NCBI GenBank assembly: GCA_028280405.1
Contig: JANQLW010000022.1
Span: 64,212 to 128,211, forward strand
DNA: 64,000 nt
Origin: Bacteroidales bacterium
GTDB lineage: Bacteria > Bacteroidota > Bacteroidia > Bacteroidales > GCA-2711565
Direction: 5' to 3'
The notes beneath the pieces were generated by a model. That model saw only the letters and a program-made list of their open reading frames with translations. It did no database searches and had not been told where the DNA came from. Both the position numbers and the translations under genes were made by a program. This document shows positions 1-10,286 of this stretch, in pieces; position 1 is the stretch's first letter; every line of letters begins with the position of its first letter.

Positions 1-1479
1 AAAGAGAAGAAAAAAGACCTGGAAATTGATTTAGTAAATATTGAAGATAGAAAACGCAGGCTTACGATTCATTCTTCAAATTTAAGCGATATGATTTTAT
101 CGAAAGATGGAGATGAACTTTATTATTTAAGCCAGTTTGAAAAAGGCTATGATTTATGGGTAACAAATATTCGTAAAAATGAGACAAAACTTGTCACAAA
201 ACTCCAGGGAAGAGGTGGAGGACTACAATGGGATAAAAAAGGGAAATACCTTTTCTTATTTAGTGGAAACCGTATTGTACGTATTGATCCAAAAACAAAA
301 AAACCGAAATTCATTTCTTTCAATGCCGAATTGAATTTAGATCAAATAGCTGAAAAAGAATATTTATTTGAACACGTCTGGCGCCAGGTGAAAAAGAAAT
401 TCTATGATGAAGATATGCATGGTTTAGACTGGGAGTTCTATAAAAAAGAATACGAAAAGTTTATTCCGTATATCAATAATAATTTCGATTTTGCAGAAAT
501 GTTAAGTGAGCTGCTTGGAGAACTAAATGCTTCACATACGGGAAGTGGTTATCGCTTCCGGGCTCAGGGCGGAGATGCTACGGCCAGCCTGGGAATTTTC
601 TGGGATATGGATCATACCGGTGCAGGAATTAAAATTCTTGAAGTTATCAATAAAGGGCCGTTTACTAAAGCCAAATCGAAAGTGAAAGCCGGTGACATTA
701 TTGAAAAAATTGATGGCAATGAAATCAAAGCCTTTCAAAGTTTTTATCCGTTATTAAATCATAAAGCAGGCAAGAAAGTAGTGGTTTCAGTATTCAGGCC
801 AACTACAGGAAAACGTTGGGATGAAACTGTAAAACCTATAACGGGAAGAACTCACGGGCAACTTTTATACCAGCGCTGGGTAAAAATTCAAAAAGAAGAA
901 ACTAAAAGATTATCAAACGGACGCATTGGATACGTTCATGTCAGAGGAATGAATAGTAATAGCTACCGCGAAACATTTTCTGAACTATTAGGACGTAACT
1001 TCAATAAAGAAGCTGTCATTATTGATACCAGATTTAATGGTGGAGGCTGGCTTCATAACGACCTTGTAACTCTTCTTGGAGGTAAGCAATACATGAAATT
1101 CCAGGGAAGGGGAACCAAAATTATGGGAGGAGAGCCATTGGATAAATGGTATAAACCAAGTGCTGTGATTGTTAATGAAGGTAACTACTCTGATGCCCAT
1201 ACATTCCCTTATGCATATCAGACTTTAGGAATTGGCCCAATAATAGGTATGCCTGTTGCCGGAACCAGTACTTCCGTATGGTGGGAAACTTTACAGGACA
1301 GATCCCTTTACTTTGGAATTCCTCAAGTGAAAAATATAGATATGCAAGGAGATGCGCTTGAAAATAAAGAAGTAGTTCCTGAATATATCATCGACAACCA
1401 TCCGAATATTGTAGTAACCGGAAGAGATCAACAGTTGGAAAAAACAGTTGAAGTGCTTTTGAATTCATTAAAGAAATAA
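1..1479 (+). CDS. C-terminal part of a tricorn-like S41 serine peptidase (PDZ + S41 domains); the 5' end lies outside the window
   Basis: The frame is open from base 1 (KEKKKDLEIDL...) into the listed ORF at 91. A PDZ-like segment (GIKILEVINKGPFTKAKSKVKAGDIIEKIDGNEI) is followed by an S41-like core (VIIDTRFNGGGW ... NEGNYSDAHTFP). Confidence 0.75.
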   Translation, partial: KEKKKDLEIDLVNIEDRKRRLTIHSSNLSDMILSKDGDELYYLSQFEKGYDLWVTNIRKNETKLVTKLQGRGGGLQWDKKGKYLFLFSGNRIVRIDPKTKKPKFISFNAELNLDQIAEKEYLFEHVWRQVKKKFYDEDMHGLDWEFYKKEYEKFIPYINNNFDFAEMLSELLGELNASHTGSGYRFRAQGGDATASLGIFWDMDHTGAGIKILEVINKGPFTKAKSKVKAGDIIEKIDGNEIKAFQSFYPLLNHKAGKKVVVSVFRPTTGKRWDETVKPITGRTHGQLLYQRWVKIQKEETKRLSNGRIGYVHVRGMNSNSYRETFSELLGRNFNKEAVIIDTRFNGGGWLHNDLVTLLGGKQYMKFQGRGTKIMGGEPLDKWYKPSAVIVNEGNYSDAHTFPYAYQTLGIGPIIGMPVAGTSTSVWWETLQDRSLYFGIPQVKNIDMQGDALENKEVVPEYIIDNHPNIVVTGRDQQLEKTVEVLLNSLKK

Positions 1480-1490
1480 CATATCATTTT

Positions 1491-1561
1491 CCGGTCATTG
1501 AGCTTGTCGAAATGTATATCGTATACGAAAAATGCTTCGATAAGCTCAGCAACCGGTTTTT
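1491..1561 (+). terminator. Long composite hairpin plus T-run downstream of the S41 peptidase gene
   Basis: ccggt-cat-tgagcttgtcgaa (1491-1511) pairs with ttcgataagctca-gca-accgg (1536-1556) with one G-U wobble on the + strand. There is an inner gtata-tcg-tatac hairpin, and the structure is followed by ttttt. Confidence 0.6.
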
Positions 1562-1681
1562 GTGAGAAACCTTGGCAGGATCAAAAGTTTAGTTTTCTAT
1601 AGGACAAGTATGTAAAGACCCCGTCAGGGTAAATTCACATGAAATTTGTTAACATTCTTTAGTTTATATCATACATAGCTG

Positions 1682-1689
1682 TAACTTTG
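1682..1689 (+). promoter_or_regulatory. Candidate Bacteroidota -7 box (TAACTTTG) upstream of dcp
   Basis: Exact match to TAnnTTTG, 58 nt upstream of the dcp ATG. No clean TTTG -33 box at the expected spacing. Confidence 0.25.
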
Positions 1690-1746
1690 CCTCTCTTAGA
1701 TCATCTAACTTCTGGATGTGATTTTAAGTAACTAAATTTAAAACAC

Positions 1747-3852
1747 ATGAAAGCTCCGAAATTATTAGGACTATTAATTTTGTTAATTATGACAACAACT
1801 AATGTGATCGGTGCGGATAAGAACCCATTACTTGAAAAATGGAATACGCCTCACCAAACACCCCCGTTCGATCTTATCAAAACTGAACATATTAAACCTG
1901 CTATGGAAATAGCATTAAAAAAAGCTTATACCGAAATAAATGCAATTATCGACAGTAAAGAAAAACCAACATTTAAAAATACGATTGTTGCTTTAGAACT
2001 TGCCGGGAAAAGCTTAAATAAAGTTGCATACGTAATGTATAACTTAAATAGCACCGACACAAACCCTGAATTAATGGAGATTATGCGTGAGCTTGCACCT
2101 CAACTATCAAAATTCCAAACCTATGTATCTCTTCATCCAAAATTATTTGAAAAGATAAAAGTGATTTATGCAAAAAAAGCTCAGTTGAAGCTGGATGCTG
2201 AAAGTGCAAGGTTACTGGAAGAGAATTATAAAGGCTTTATCCGTTCAGGAGCAAACCTAAAAGGAGATGCTAAAAAACGTTATGCTGAGATCTCCGCTGA
2301 ACTAGCCAGGTTAACTTTAGAATTTGGAGAAAACGTCTTAAATGAAACCAATGCTTATTCTCTTCATGTAACCGATAAAAAAGATTTAAGTGGTTTACCT
2401 GAGCATGTGATCACGGGAGCCGCATATCTTGCAAAGCAAAATAAAAAAGAAGGCTGGATGTTTAATCTTCAGTTTCCTAGTTTTTATCCTTTCTTGAAGT
2501 TTGGTGACAACCGAAAATTAAGAGAAGAACTTTATATGGCTTATAATACCCGTGCTTTTAAAGATAATGAGTATAACAACGAAACCATTCTTAAAAAGAT
2601 CGCAGATTTACGTCTAGAGTCTGCAAAGTTATTAGGTTTTGAAAGCTATGCAGATTATGTATTGGATGAAAGAATGGCTCAAAGCAAAGAAAAAGTAAAT
2701 AATTTCCTCGAAGAATTACATCAAGCTTCCAGACCATTTGCTTTAAAAGAATACAAAGAAGTTCTTGAGCTTGCTAAAAAATCAGGTTTCAAAGGCGAAC
2801 TCAAACAATGGGATTGGAGCTATTATACCGAAAAACTCAAAGCTAAGAAATTCGGCTTTAAAGAATCAGATGTGAAACCTTATTTCCAATTGGAAAAAGT
2901 AACCAAAGGAATTTTCGATTTAGCAAATACATTATATGGTATAAGCTTTAAAGTAAATAGGGATATTCAGGTATATAATAAAGAAGTGAAAGCATATGAA
3001 GTTTATGATAAGGATGATTCGTTCTTAGGGGTTCTTTATATGGATTTCTTCCCTCGTCAAAGTAAGAGAGGTGGAGCGTGGAGTAGTTCATTCCGCTCTC
3101 AAAGCAATGTGAATGGAAAAATGATCCGTCCGTTCAAAACTGTAGTTTGTAATTTCACAAAACCAACCGAAGATATGCCTTCACTTTTAACTTTTGGTGA
3201 AGTAACTACCTACTTACATGAATTTGGGCATGCATTACACGGATTATTTGCAAACACAACTTATTCAAGTATGTCCGGAACAAGTGTTTACAGAGATTTT
3301 GTTGAACTTCCTTCACAAGTAATGGAAAACTATGCTTACGAAAAAGAATGGCTGGATACTTTTGCTGAACACTATAAAACAGGTGAAAAAATTCCTGTTG
3401 ACTTAGTTCAAAAAATAATTGATGCCCGTAATTTCTTAGCAGGATCTTTCAGCGAAAGACAATTAAGCTTAGGAATGTGTGATATGGCATGGCACAGCAT
3501 CACAAAACCTGTAAGCGATAAAAGTGTTAAAGATATTGAAACCGAATCCATGGCAGCAACCAGTGTTTTCCCAACCATTAAGGAAACTTCTACCAGTACT
3601 GCTTTCAACCATATTTTTTCAGGAGGATATGCTGCCGGTTACTATAGTTACAAATGGGCCGAGGTATTGGATGCGGATGCATTTTATTACTTCAAAGAAA
3701 ATGGAATCTTTAATAAAAAGATTGCTTCTTCTTTCCGTGAGCATATATTATCAAAAGGAGGCACGGAACATCCGATGAAGCTTTATGTGAAATTCAGAGG
3801 TAAAGAACCTTCGATTGATGGTTTGTTGAAAAGATCAGGATTGATGAGGTGA
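1747..3852 (+). CDS. dcp: M3-family peptidyl-dipeptidase (Dcp-like zinc metallopeptidase), secreted
   Basis: 701 aa with an N-terminal signal peptide and an HEFGH zinc motif (TYLHEFGHALHG). Length and overall pattern are typical of M3 oligopeptidase/Dcp. Confidence 0.85.
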   Translation: MKAPKLLGLLILLIMTTTNVIGADKNPLLEKWNTPHQTPPFDLIKTEHIKPAMEIALKKAYTEINAIIDSKEKPTFKNTIVALELAGKSLNKVAYVMYNLNSTDTNPELMEIMRELAPQLSKFQTYVSLHPKLFEKIKVIYAKKAQLKLDAESARLLEENYKGFIRSGANLKGDAKKRYAEISAELARLTLEFGENVLNETNAYSLHVTDKKDLSGLPEHVITGAAYLAKQNKKEGWMFNLQFPSFYPFLKFGDNRKLREELYMAYNTRAFKDNEYNNETILKKIADLRLESAKLLGFESYADYVLDERMAQSKEKVNNFLEELHQASRPFALKEYKEVLELAKKSGFKGELKQWDWSYYTEKLKAKKFGFKESDVKPYFQLEKVTKGIFDLANTLYGISFKVNRDIQVYNKEVKAYEVYDKDDSFLGVLYMDFFPRQSKRGGAWSSSFRSQSNVNGKMIRPFKTVVCNFTKPTEDMPSLLTFGEVTTYLHEFGHALHGLFANTTYSSMSGTSVYRDFVELPSQVMENYAYEKEWLDTFAEHYKTGEKIPVDLVQKIIDARNFLAGSFSERQLSLGMCDMAWHSITKPVSDKSVKDIETESMAATSVFPTIKETSTSTAFNHIFSGGYAAGYYSYKWAEVLDADAFYYFKENGIFNKKIASSFREHILSKGGTEHPMKLYVKFRGKEPSIDGLLKRSGLMR

Positions 3853-3873
3853 CACCTTAAGGTGTCACCTCAT
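3844..3873 (+). terminator. Perfect 13-bp hairpin overlapping the dcp stop codon
   Basis: atgaggtgacacc-ttaa-ggtgtcacctcat. No strong T-run follows, so terminator function is uncertain. Confidence 0.4.
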
Positions 3874-3878
3874 ATCAA

Positions 3879-3918
3879 AACCTGTCAGGTTGATCAACCT
3901 TGATCAACCTGACAGGTT
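3879..3918. repeat. 40-nt near-perfect palindrome of the CCTGTCAGG family, containing the tandem 10-mer tgatcaacct x2
   Basis: aacctgtcaggttgatcaa-cc-ttgatcaacctgacaggtt. It sits between the convergent genes dcp (+) and the TPR gene (-). Confidence 0.7.
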
Positions 3919-3936
3919 AGAATAAATAAGTATTAA

Positions 3937-5295
3937 TTACTTTTTCAAGGCCCTTACTTTAGTCTTTTCATTAATCCACCCTTCTACCAAATAAATTTCA
4001 TTTTCTTTTAAATCACTAAAAAAAATTGCATCCATTGTAGGAAATTGTTTTTTATAATCATTAATTCTCTGATTCGCCGATTCACTTATTGAAGGATCAA
4101 CTTTTTTTGCCTGATAGTACTTATCTACAGCAGCCCAATAGACAGCTCTCGAAGTAAAATCATCATTTCCAACAGTCTTTGCGGTTACAGCATAACAATC
4201 TCCAATAATCATATAAGCTTTACCGATATTCGGATTACATTTTAGTGCTTTTCTGGCATATTTTCTTGTCTCAGGATATTTTTTTAGCTGGAAATAACAA
4301 TATCCTATATAATAATAAATATCAGCAAGTTTATCAGAATTTGTTTCTTCCGTGGCATTTATTAAATAGTTTAAAGCGCTATCAAACTTGTTTTCACTTA
4401 AATATACTTTTCCTATATAATAAGCTGAAACCGGATCAGGTTCCAATTCATAAAGTTTCAATTTAGATTGTAAATAAAACGGATGTTCCCTCCTATCCTT
4501 TTTCTCTAAAAGGCCAGTTACTTTTTTAAGCAAGTCTATATTACCTGGACTTTCTGTAAGCTTGCCACTATATAAAGTAATGATTTCATCGGCTGTAGCA
4601 AATTCCTCATAATTGATTTCGACCTTATTTTTTAGTTTTTCCCATTTACTCTTTACAGCATTTTTTTTGCTCTTTCTAAGGTTTATATCGATAAGATTTA
4701 TAATCTGCTCATAATTATTAGAAATTAAAGAAGTTTCAGCTTTATTTTCTTTTACCATTTTCATACTAAGCTTAAAATACAATTCCAGGGTGTTGCGTTT
4801 GGATTTTTCCTTTAGCAATTCAACGGATTCTTTAATGAAATGATAAGCTCTTCTAACATCCTGACTATTGTAATTATAGTAGCTTACACCTTTTCTTGCC
4901 AGCACTTTTCCTTCTTCTCCAAAATATTTAATCCGGGTATCATAAATAAGCATCAGCGTATCAATAAGGGCATTTCTTTTTATTTTATCTTTTTCCCTAC
5001 TAATTAAGAAACGGTACATTGTTTCTCCATCAACAAAAGTTCTTTTTTTCAATTTCGGACAGTGTTTAAATGCATATCTCCAATAAGGCAAAGCACCATT
5101 AATGTTTAAATTCTTTTTCTCCGACTTTTTCCAATGTTTAAAATAATCAGAATAAACAGCAATACTTTCAAGACATTTAATACTGTCTCGTTCCTGTTTG
5201 GATTTTTCTGTTTGAGCACTAACCTTATTAATTGGATTAAGCATCAACAGGCAAAGAATCATGCAACTAATTAAGGTTTTTGGATTCATATTCAT
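3937..5295 (-). CDS. Secreted TPR-repeat protein, function unknown
   Basis: 452 aa with a signal peptide (LLMLNPINKVSAQ). The C-terminal half has TPR-like Y/A/L periodicity (AYYIGKVYLSENKFDSALNYL, YYYIGYCYFQLKKYPETRKYARKAL). Confidence 0.6.
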   Translation of the reverse strand: MNMNPKTLISCMILCLLMLNPINKVSAQTEKSKQERDSIKCLESIAVYSDYFKHWKKSEKKNLNINGALPYWRYAFKHCPKLKKRTFVDGETMYRFLISREKDKIKRNALIDTLMLIYDTRIKYFGEEGKVLARKGVSYYNYNSQDVRRAYHFIKESVELLKEKSKRNTLELYFKLSMKMVKENKAETSLISNNYEQIINLIDINLRKSKKNAVKSKWEKLKNKVEINYEEFATADEIITLYSGKLTESPGNIDLLKKVTGLLEKKDRREHPFYLQSKLKLYELEPDPVSAYYIGKVYLSENKFDSALNYLINATEETNSDKLADIYYYIGYCYFQLKKYPETRKYARKALKCNPNIGKAYMIIGDCYAVTAKTVGNDDFTSRAVYWAAVDKYYQAKKVDPSISESANQRINDYKKQFPTMDAIFFSDLKENEIYLVEGWINEKTKVRALKK

Positions 5296-5378
5296 TAGGT
5301 TTAAGATTGATTAGATATAATATGAAATCCAAAATTCATACCGAAAATGAACCGAGCCTGAAGGGGTATAGCTGGTAA

Positions 5379-5417
5379 TAAAAAAACAACCTGTCAGGTT
5401 AATTAACCTGACAGGTT
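5379..5417 (-). terminator. Rho-independent terminator of aspS; perfect 32-nt palindrome of the CCTGTCAGG family plus a T-run
   Basis: caacctgtcaggttaattaacctgacaggttg (5386-5417) is its own reverse complement. On the minus strand it is followed by ttttttt. Confidence 0.75.
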
Positions 5418-5444
5418 GAAAATATTTAACCTTTAAAAATATTT

Positions 5445-7193
5445 TTATTCTTTCACTAATTTTAACTTCAATTCATCCAATTGCTCTTCTGCAATTGGTG
5501 ACGGAGAATCAATCATTTGATCTCTGCCGGCATTATTCTTAGGGAACGCAATAAAATCGCGGATTGAATCAGAACCGCCAAATAAAGCAACTAAACGGTC
5601 AAACCCTAAAGCAATACCTCCATGAGGCGGAGCACCATACTCAAAGGCATTCATTAAGAATCCAAATTGTGCCTGAGCTTCTTCTTGAGTAAATCCTAAC
5701 AGTTTGAACATCTTCGCTTGTAATTCCTTGTCAAAAATACGGATGGAACCACCTCCTATTTCAACACCATTCACAACCAGATCATAAGCATTGGCTCTCA
5801 CTTTTCCGGGATCGGTTTCCATCAGTTCAATATCTTCTTTCTTAGGAGAAGTAAACGGATGATGCATCGCATGATATCTTTCAGTTTCTTCATCCCACTC
5901 CAATAATGGAAAGTCAACCACCCACAAAGGTTTAAACACATTTGGATTTCTCAAACCTAACTGATTCCCCATTTCCAAACGAAGTTCACATAATTGCTTA
6001 CGAACTTTATCGCCTTCACCAGATAAAACAAGTAGCAAGTCTCCTGCCTTAGCTCCCATCTTTTCAGCCCATGCCTTTAAAGCTTCCTGATTGAAAAACT
6101 TATCTACTGAAGACTTGAAAGTACCATCTTCATTACACTTTACATAAACCAAACCTTTGGCTCCGATTTGAGGTTTTTTTACAAAGTCTGTTAGTTTATC
6201 TAAATTTTTACGCGTATAAGTCGCACAATCCTCAGCATTTATTCCCACAACTAATTCAGCATCATCAAATACTTTGAAGCCTTTGTTTTGAGCAACATCA
6301 TTCAGCTCGACAAATTGCATCCCAAAACGAATATCCGGTTTATCAGAACCATATAATTTGATGGCTTCAGAATATGGCATTCTAGGGAAGTCTTCAACCT
6401 CAACACCTTTCACCGTTTTAAATAAATATTTGGCCATTCCTTCGAAGGTATCCAGGATATCTTCCTGATCTACAAAGGACATTTCACAATCGATTTGAGT
6501 AAATTCAGGCTGACGGTCAGCTCTCAAATCTTCATCACGGAAACATTTTACAATTTGATAATAGCGGTCGTAACCGGCTACCATCAACAATTGTTTAAAT
6601 GTTTGGGGTGATTGTGGTAACGCATAAAATTCATTCTCATTCATACGTGAAGGAACCACGAAATCCCTTGCACCTTCCGGAGTAGATTTTATTAAATAAG
6701 GAGTTTCTATTTCAAAAAAATTCTGGCTATCTAAATATTTACGAGTTTCGATCGACATACGGTGACGTAACTCCATATTTTTACGAAGCGGATTTCTTCT
6801 TAAATCCAGATAACGGTATTTCATACGCAATTCTTCTCCGCCATCAGTTTCATCTTCAATGGTGAATGGAGGTACTGCAGATTGATTCAAAACATTTAAT
6901 TCCTCAACAATGATTTCAATTTCACCTGTTGGGATTTTCATGTTTTTATTGGAACGCTCAGCAACTTCACCTTTAGCCTGAATCACAAACTCACGGCCTA
7001 ATTTACGGGCTTGTTCGCATAATTCGGTATTGGTTTCCATATTAAAAACCAATTGTGTAATGCCATAACGATCACGAAGATCAATAAAGGTCATACCACC
7101 TAAATCGCGTGATTTTTGAACCCATCCGCTTAAACTAACTTTTTCACCTATATGCTGAATATTCAGCGCACCGCAAGTATGTGATCTTAACAT
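5445..7193 (-). CDS. aspS: Aspartate--tRNA ligase
   Basis: 582 aa. Class II motifs and typical AspRS blocks are present ([41 protein letters not shown]). Confidence 0.95.
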   Translation of the reverse strand: MLRSHTCGALNIQHIGEKVSLSGWVQKSRDLGGMTFIDLRDRYGITQLVFNMETNTELCEQARKLGREFVIQAKGEVAERSNKNMKIPTGEIEIIVEELNVLNQSAVPPFTIEDETDGGEELRMKYRYLDLRRNPLRKNMELRHRMSIETRKYLDSQNFFEIETPYLIKSTPEGARDFVVPSRMNENEFYALPQSPQTFKQLLMVAGYDRYYQIVKCFRDEDLRADRQPEFTQIDCEMSFVDQEDILDTFEGMAKYLFKTVKGVEVEDFPRMPYSEAIKLYGSDKPDIRFGMQFVELNDVAQNKGFKVFDDAELVVGINAEDCATYTRKNLDKLTDFVKKPQIGAKGLVYVKCNEDGTFKSSVDKFFNQEALKAWAEKMGAKAGDLLLVLSGEGDKVRKQLCELRLEMGNQLGLRNPNVFKPLWVVDFPLLEWDEETERYHAMHHPFTSPKKEDIELMETDPGKVRANAYDLVVNGVEIGGGSIRIFDKELQAKMFKLLGFTQEEAQAQFGFLMNAFEYGAPPHGGIALGFDRLVALFGGSDSIRDFIAFPKNNAGRDQMIDSPSPIAEEQLDELKLKLVKE

Positions 7194-7264
7194 AAGTATA
7201 ATTTATTTTAAAGCTGCGAAATTACAAAAAAATATAACGTATTTAGCCCGAAAAAGAATAGCAA

Positions 7265-7296
7265 CCTGTCATGCTGAACTTGTTTCAGCATGACGG
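7265..7296 (-). terminator. Hairpin (CCTGTCA-type arm) downstream of the 229-aa gene
   Basis: cctgtcatgctgaa (7265-7278) pairs with ttcagcatgacgg (7284-7296) with one bulge. The minus strand continues with a T-rich run. Confidence 0.5.
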
Positions 7297-7309
7297 TCTT
7301 TTATAAAAC

Positions 7310-7999
7310 TTATTCCAAAAATAAAATCGAGCCCCCGTCAAATAATGACCCATCATATAATTCAATTACCTCATAGTTTCTTGAACTAACAAATTCCAGG
7401 ATTTCTGATTCATTATCCAAATGCTTCAGGCTTCCTATAACAAAAAATTTTGAATCTTGTATTCCTACACAGCCACCGAAAAAACCATGAGAAAAGCCGG
7501 GTAACTGAATAGGTTGTGGATTTACAAATAAAACATTTTTATTAAAACGATTCAATGTTTTTTCAATTCCTTTATCAGATGAAATATAATGATCATTTTC
7601 CAGAGAAATTAAATTACAACGGGTATATCCCTGATCTACATGAATCAAATCTAAACCCTCTCCAATCCGGTTTACAATATAATCGGTATTTCTGAAATTA
7701 TGAATAATATGCTTCTTATCTGCTACAATATTATAACAGGAACTCATTGGATATTTATCTCCCACCTCCTGTTCTCCTTTTATATATCTGATTCCTTTTT
7801 CATCAAGGAGATCAAAATATTCTTGTGGAATATTAGGAGCTACTACCAATTGCTCTGCTATCTGGCAAAAGAAAATATCAGGATGTCCGGAAATAGCTTC
7901 ATAAGTAATTCCCTTTGTTTCAAATTCAACTAACTCGCCAAACTTTTTAAGTTTGTGTTTAGCTTTTTCAGGTATTTTTTTGTCGACTATAATTAACAT
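7310..7999 (-). CDS. Hypothetical protein, probably translationally coupled to the upstream radical SAM gene
   Basis: 229-aa ORF with no motif I can assign. Its start overlaps the radical SAM stop region by 32 nt (7968-7999). Confidence 0.5.
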   Translation of the reverse strand: MLIIVDKKIPEKAKHKLKKFGELVEFETKGITYEAISGHPDIFFCQIAEQLVVAPNIPQEYFDLLDEKGIRYIKGEQEVGDKYPMSSCYNIVADKKHIIHNFRNTDYIVNRIGEGLDLIHVDQGYTRCNLISLENDHYISSDKGIEKTLNRFNKNVLFVNPQPIQLPGFSHGFFGGCVGIQDSKFFVIGSLKHLDNESEILEFVSSRNYEVIELYDGSLFDGGSILFLE

Positions 8000-8984
8000 G
8001 GAAAGCCCGTTTTTCTAAGTTTGAATTTAATACAAATTTAACAACCTTATACTTTCCCTTCAACCATTTTTTATTGACAGATCCATAGCCAACCGCATAA
8101 TTCAACTCTTTTGGATTTATTGAAATTATAAGCTCTTCTTTTTCAAAATTCAGAGATTCAAATTGCTTTCGCCATATTTGAGTATAAACCAATTCCCGGA
8201 AAGAAGGGTGAAAAGGGCCGGCTATTAGATCATGTCCTTCCATAAAACCATCTGAAGCATGCAACCCAACTCTTAATATGGTCACCTTGGATTTTTCAAA
8301 AATTTTTATGATATCTGCAGTCCAATCAATAGCCTCATGTAAACTCAAAGGATGATAAAAACCTTTATTGTACAATTCCTCAAGCTTAGTATCTTTAATA
8401 ACTAGTGTAGGATATATACGGGTATTATCAGCTTTCAGCTCTATAATTCTATGTGCAGTTTTGAGGGCTTTTTCTTTTGTATCTCCAGGTAGTCCTATCA
8501 TCATTTGAAGCCCTAACGAAAAACCATACTTTTTAATTAAAGTTGATGCTCTCTCCGTTGCCAATACATTATGTCCCCTGCCCGATTTTAACAAAACATC
8601 ATCATCGAAACTTTGTGCCCCGATTTCAATATTTTTAACATTATACCGACTCAATAAATCCAAAACTTCTTCGTTGATATAATCAGGACGCGTTGAACAA
8701 CGGATTGATTTTATTTTTCCTGCGTTTATATATGGCTGAACCAATTCCAGATAATGTTGCTGATCTTTGGCTGGGATAGCTGTAAAATTCCCACCAAAAT
8801 ATCCCAATTCAATGTGCGAATTATCAGGAATCGTTTGAAGGTGTTTGTCAATGGTTTTAATAATTTCAGTATCAGATGGAAGCTTAAGCTGCCCACTGAT
8901 TTTTTGTTGATTACAATACAAACATTGAAATGGACAGGCCAATTCTGGAATAAATATTGGTATTATGAAATTTTTCAGCGGCAT
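7968..8984 (-). CDS. Radical SAM enzyme (ELP3-like small family)
   Basis: 338 aa with an N-terminal CxxxCxxC cluster motif (ELACPFQCLYCNQQ), followed by a TIM-barrel-like pattern typical of radical SAM proteins. Confidence 0.75.
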   Translation of the reverse strand: MPLKNFIIPIFIPELACPFQCLYCNQQKISGQLKLPSDTEIIKTIDKHLQTIPDNSHIELGYFGGNFTAIPAKDQQHYLELVQPYINAGKIKSIRCSTRPDYINEEVLDLLSRYNVKNIEIGAQSFDDDVLLKSGRGHNVLATERASTLIKKYGFSLGLQMMIGLPGDTKEKALKTAHRIIELKADNTRIYPTLVIKDTKLEELYNKGFYHPLSLHEAIDWTADIIKIFEKSKVTILRVGLHASDGFMEGHDLIAGPFHPSFRELVYTQIWRKQFESLNFEKEELIISINPKELNYAVGYGSVNKKWLKGKYKVVKFVLNSNLEKRAFHVNYSRQKNT

Positions 8985-9072
8985 AATTAGCTATAAAAGT
9001 ATAAAATAAATATTTTTGTTTTTCTATAATACTATAGGGAATCTGTGAATTAAAAATCTAAAAATTAGTCAT

Positions 9073-9705
9073 ATGAAGAAGTACTTATTTAAAGTTGGAG
9101 TGATTGTGTTTTCTGTGATGGCATTTGGCTTATCTTTTACAGGATGTAAGAGTAAACAAAAACTGGCTCAGGAAGAAGCGATCAGTGCGAGAGCACAACA
9201 AATGGAACAAGCAAAACGTGATTTACTGGAAATCATTAATGATCAGGGTTCGATGAGCCTGGAAGAGAAAGAAAACAGACTGAATATTATCAAAGGTCAG
9301 AATTTTGATAATCAGGAAATTAAAGACCTTATTGCAAGAGCAGAAAATGTATTGGCAAAAATTCGTGCCGATCGAGAAGCAAAAGCAAAAAGAGAAGCAA
9401 AGAAAACACAGGAAGTAGGTTTCAAAGATCAAGTATTACAACACTTTAAAGCAGTTGCCGGTGCATATAGTTTTGCAGAAGCAAATCTTCGTATTAGGAA
9501 AGCATTAAAACTTTATGCTTCTTCAGATGTTCCTGTTTTAATTATTGTAAGTCAGGAAAATGGAGTAAAAGATTATGATCGTCCGACTACCATCAAAAAA
9601 TATCTTGAATATTTGAAGGATGTCAAAAAATTCGATAAACAAATCGATAATTTCGTTTTAGACAATAATGGTAAAATAACTGAAATCGAACTCATCAAAA
9701 AATAA
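9073..9705 (+). CDS. Lipoprotein with a Lys/Glu-rich coiled-coil segment, function unknown
   Basis: 210 aa with a signal peptide and lipobox-like FTGC. First gene of a tightly packed four-gene + strand operon. Confidence 0.6.
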   Translation: MKKYLFKVGVIVFSVMAFGLSFTGCKSKQKLAQEEAISARAQQMEQAKRDLLEIINDQGSMSLEEKENRLNIIKGQNFDNQEIKDLIARAENVLAKIRADREAKAKREAKKTQEVGFKDQVLQHFKAVAGAYSFAEANLRIRKALKLYASSDVPVLIIVSQENGVKDYDRPTTIKKYLEYLKDVKKFDKQIDNFVLDNNGKITEIELIKK

Positions 9706-9710
9706 GAACA

Positions 9711-10286
9711 ATGACAAAACTTAAAATATTATTCGCTGCTGTATTTTTAATGACTTTTACAGTGTCCTCATTTGCACAAGGACAAATCAGTGCAGAAAGA
9801 AAACAGGCTATTGATAGCTTAGCCATGGAAAAAATCAGGGATTTAAGCAAATATATCTCCATTGTGGGGAGTAAAGACACTCCTTTTTCAGAAGCAAACC
9901 GTGTAATTGAACGTACACTGGAACTATTTGCGGATGACAGCCAAATTGGAGTTTCTTCCTTATATCGTACTGAAATAGAGTATTATGGAGTTCGTAAATA
10001 TTTAGAACATCTAATGGCTCTTAATTATGATAAGGTAACCATTAGCTGGTACCACATTCAATATATCAGTGACCTTGAATTACAACCGGATGGGCGTTAT
10101 GTAGGTGTAATTACCATCTATCAACGTTTTGAAGGTATTTCAAACGACGGCTTGAATTATAAGGATACAACAAAAAAAGATATCACCGTTTATGTTGAGC
10201 GTAAGCAAACGCAAATTGGCGGTAAATTGATTGGTTTCTGGGATGTATTATTGGGGGATGTAAGAGTAACTGAAACAACGAAATGA
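9711..10286 (+). CDS. Secreted hypothetical protein
   Basis: 191 aa with a signal peptide (FAAVFLMTFTVSSFAQ). Starts 5 nt after the previous gene and overlaps the next by 4 nt. Confidence 0.6.
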   Translation: MTKLKILFAAVFLMTFTVSSFAQGQISAERKQAIDSLAMEKIRDLSKYISIVGSKDTPFSEANRVIERTLELFADDSQIGVSSLYRTEIEYYGVRKYLEHLMALNYDKVTISWYHIQYISDLELQPDGRYVGVITIYQRFEGISNDGLNYKDTTKKDITVYVERKQTQIGGKLIGFWDVLLGDVRVTETTK

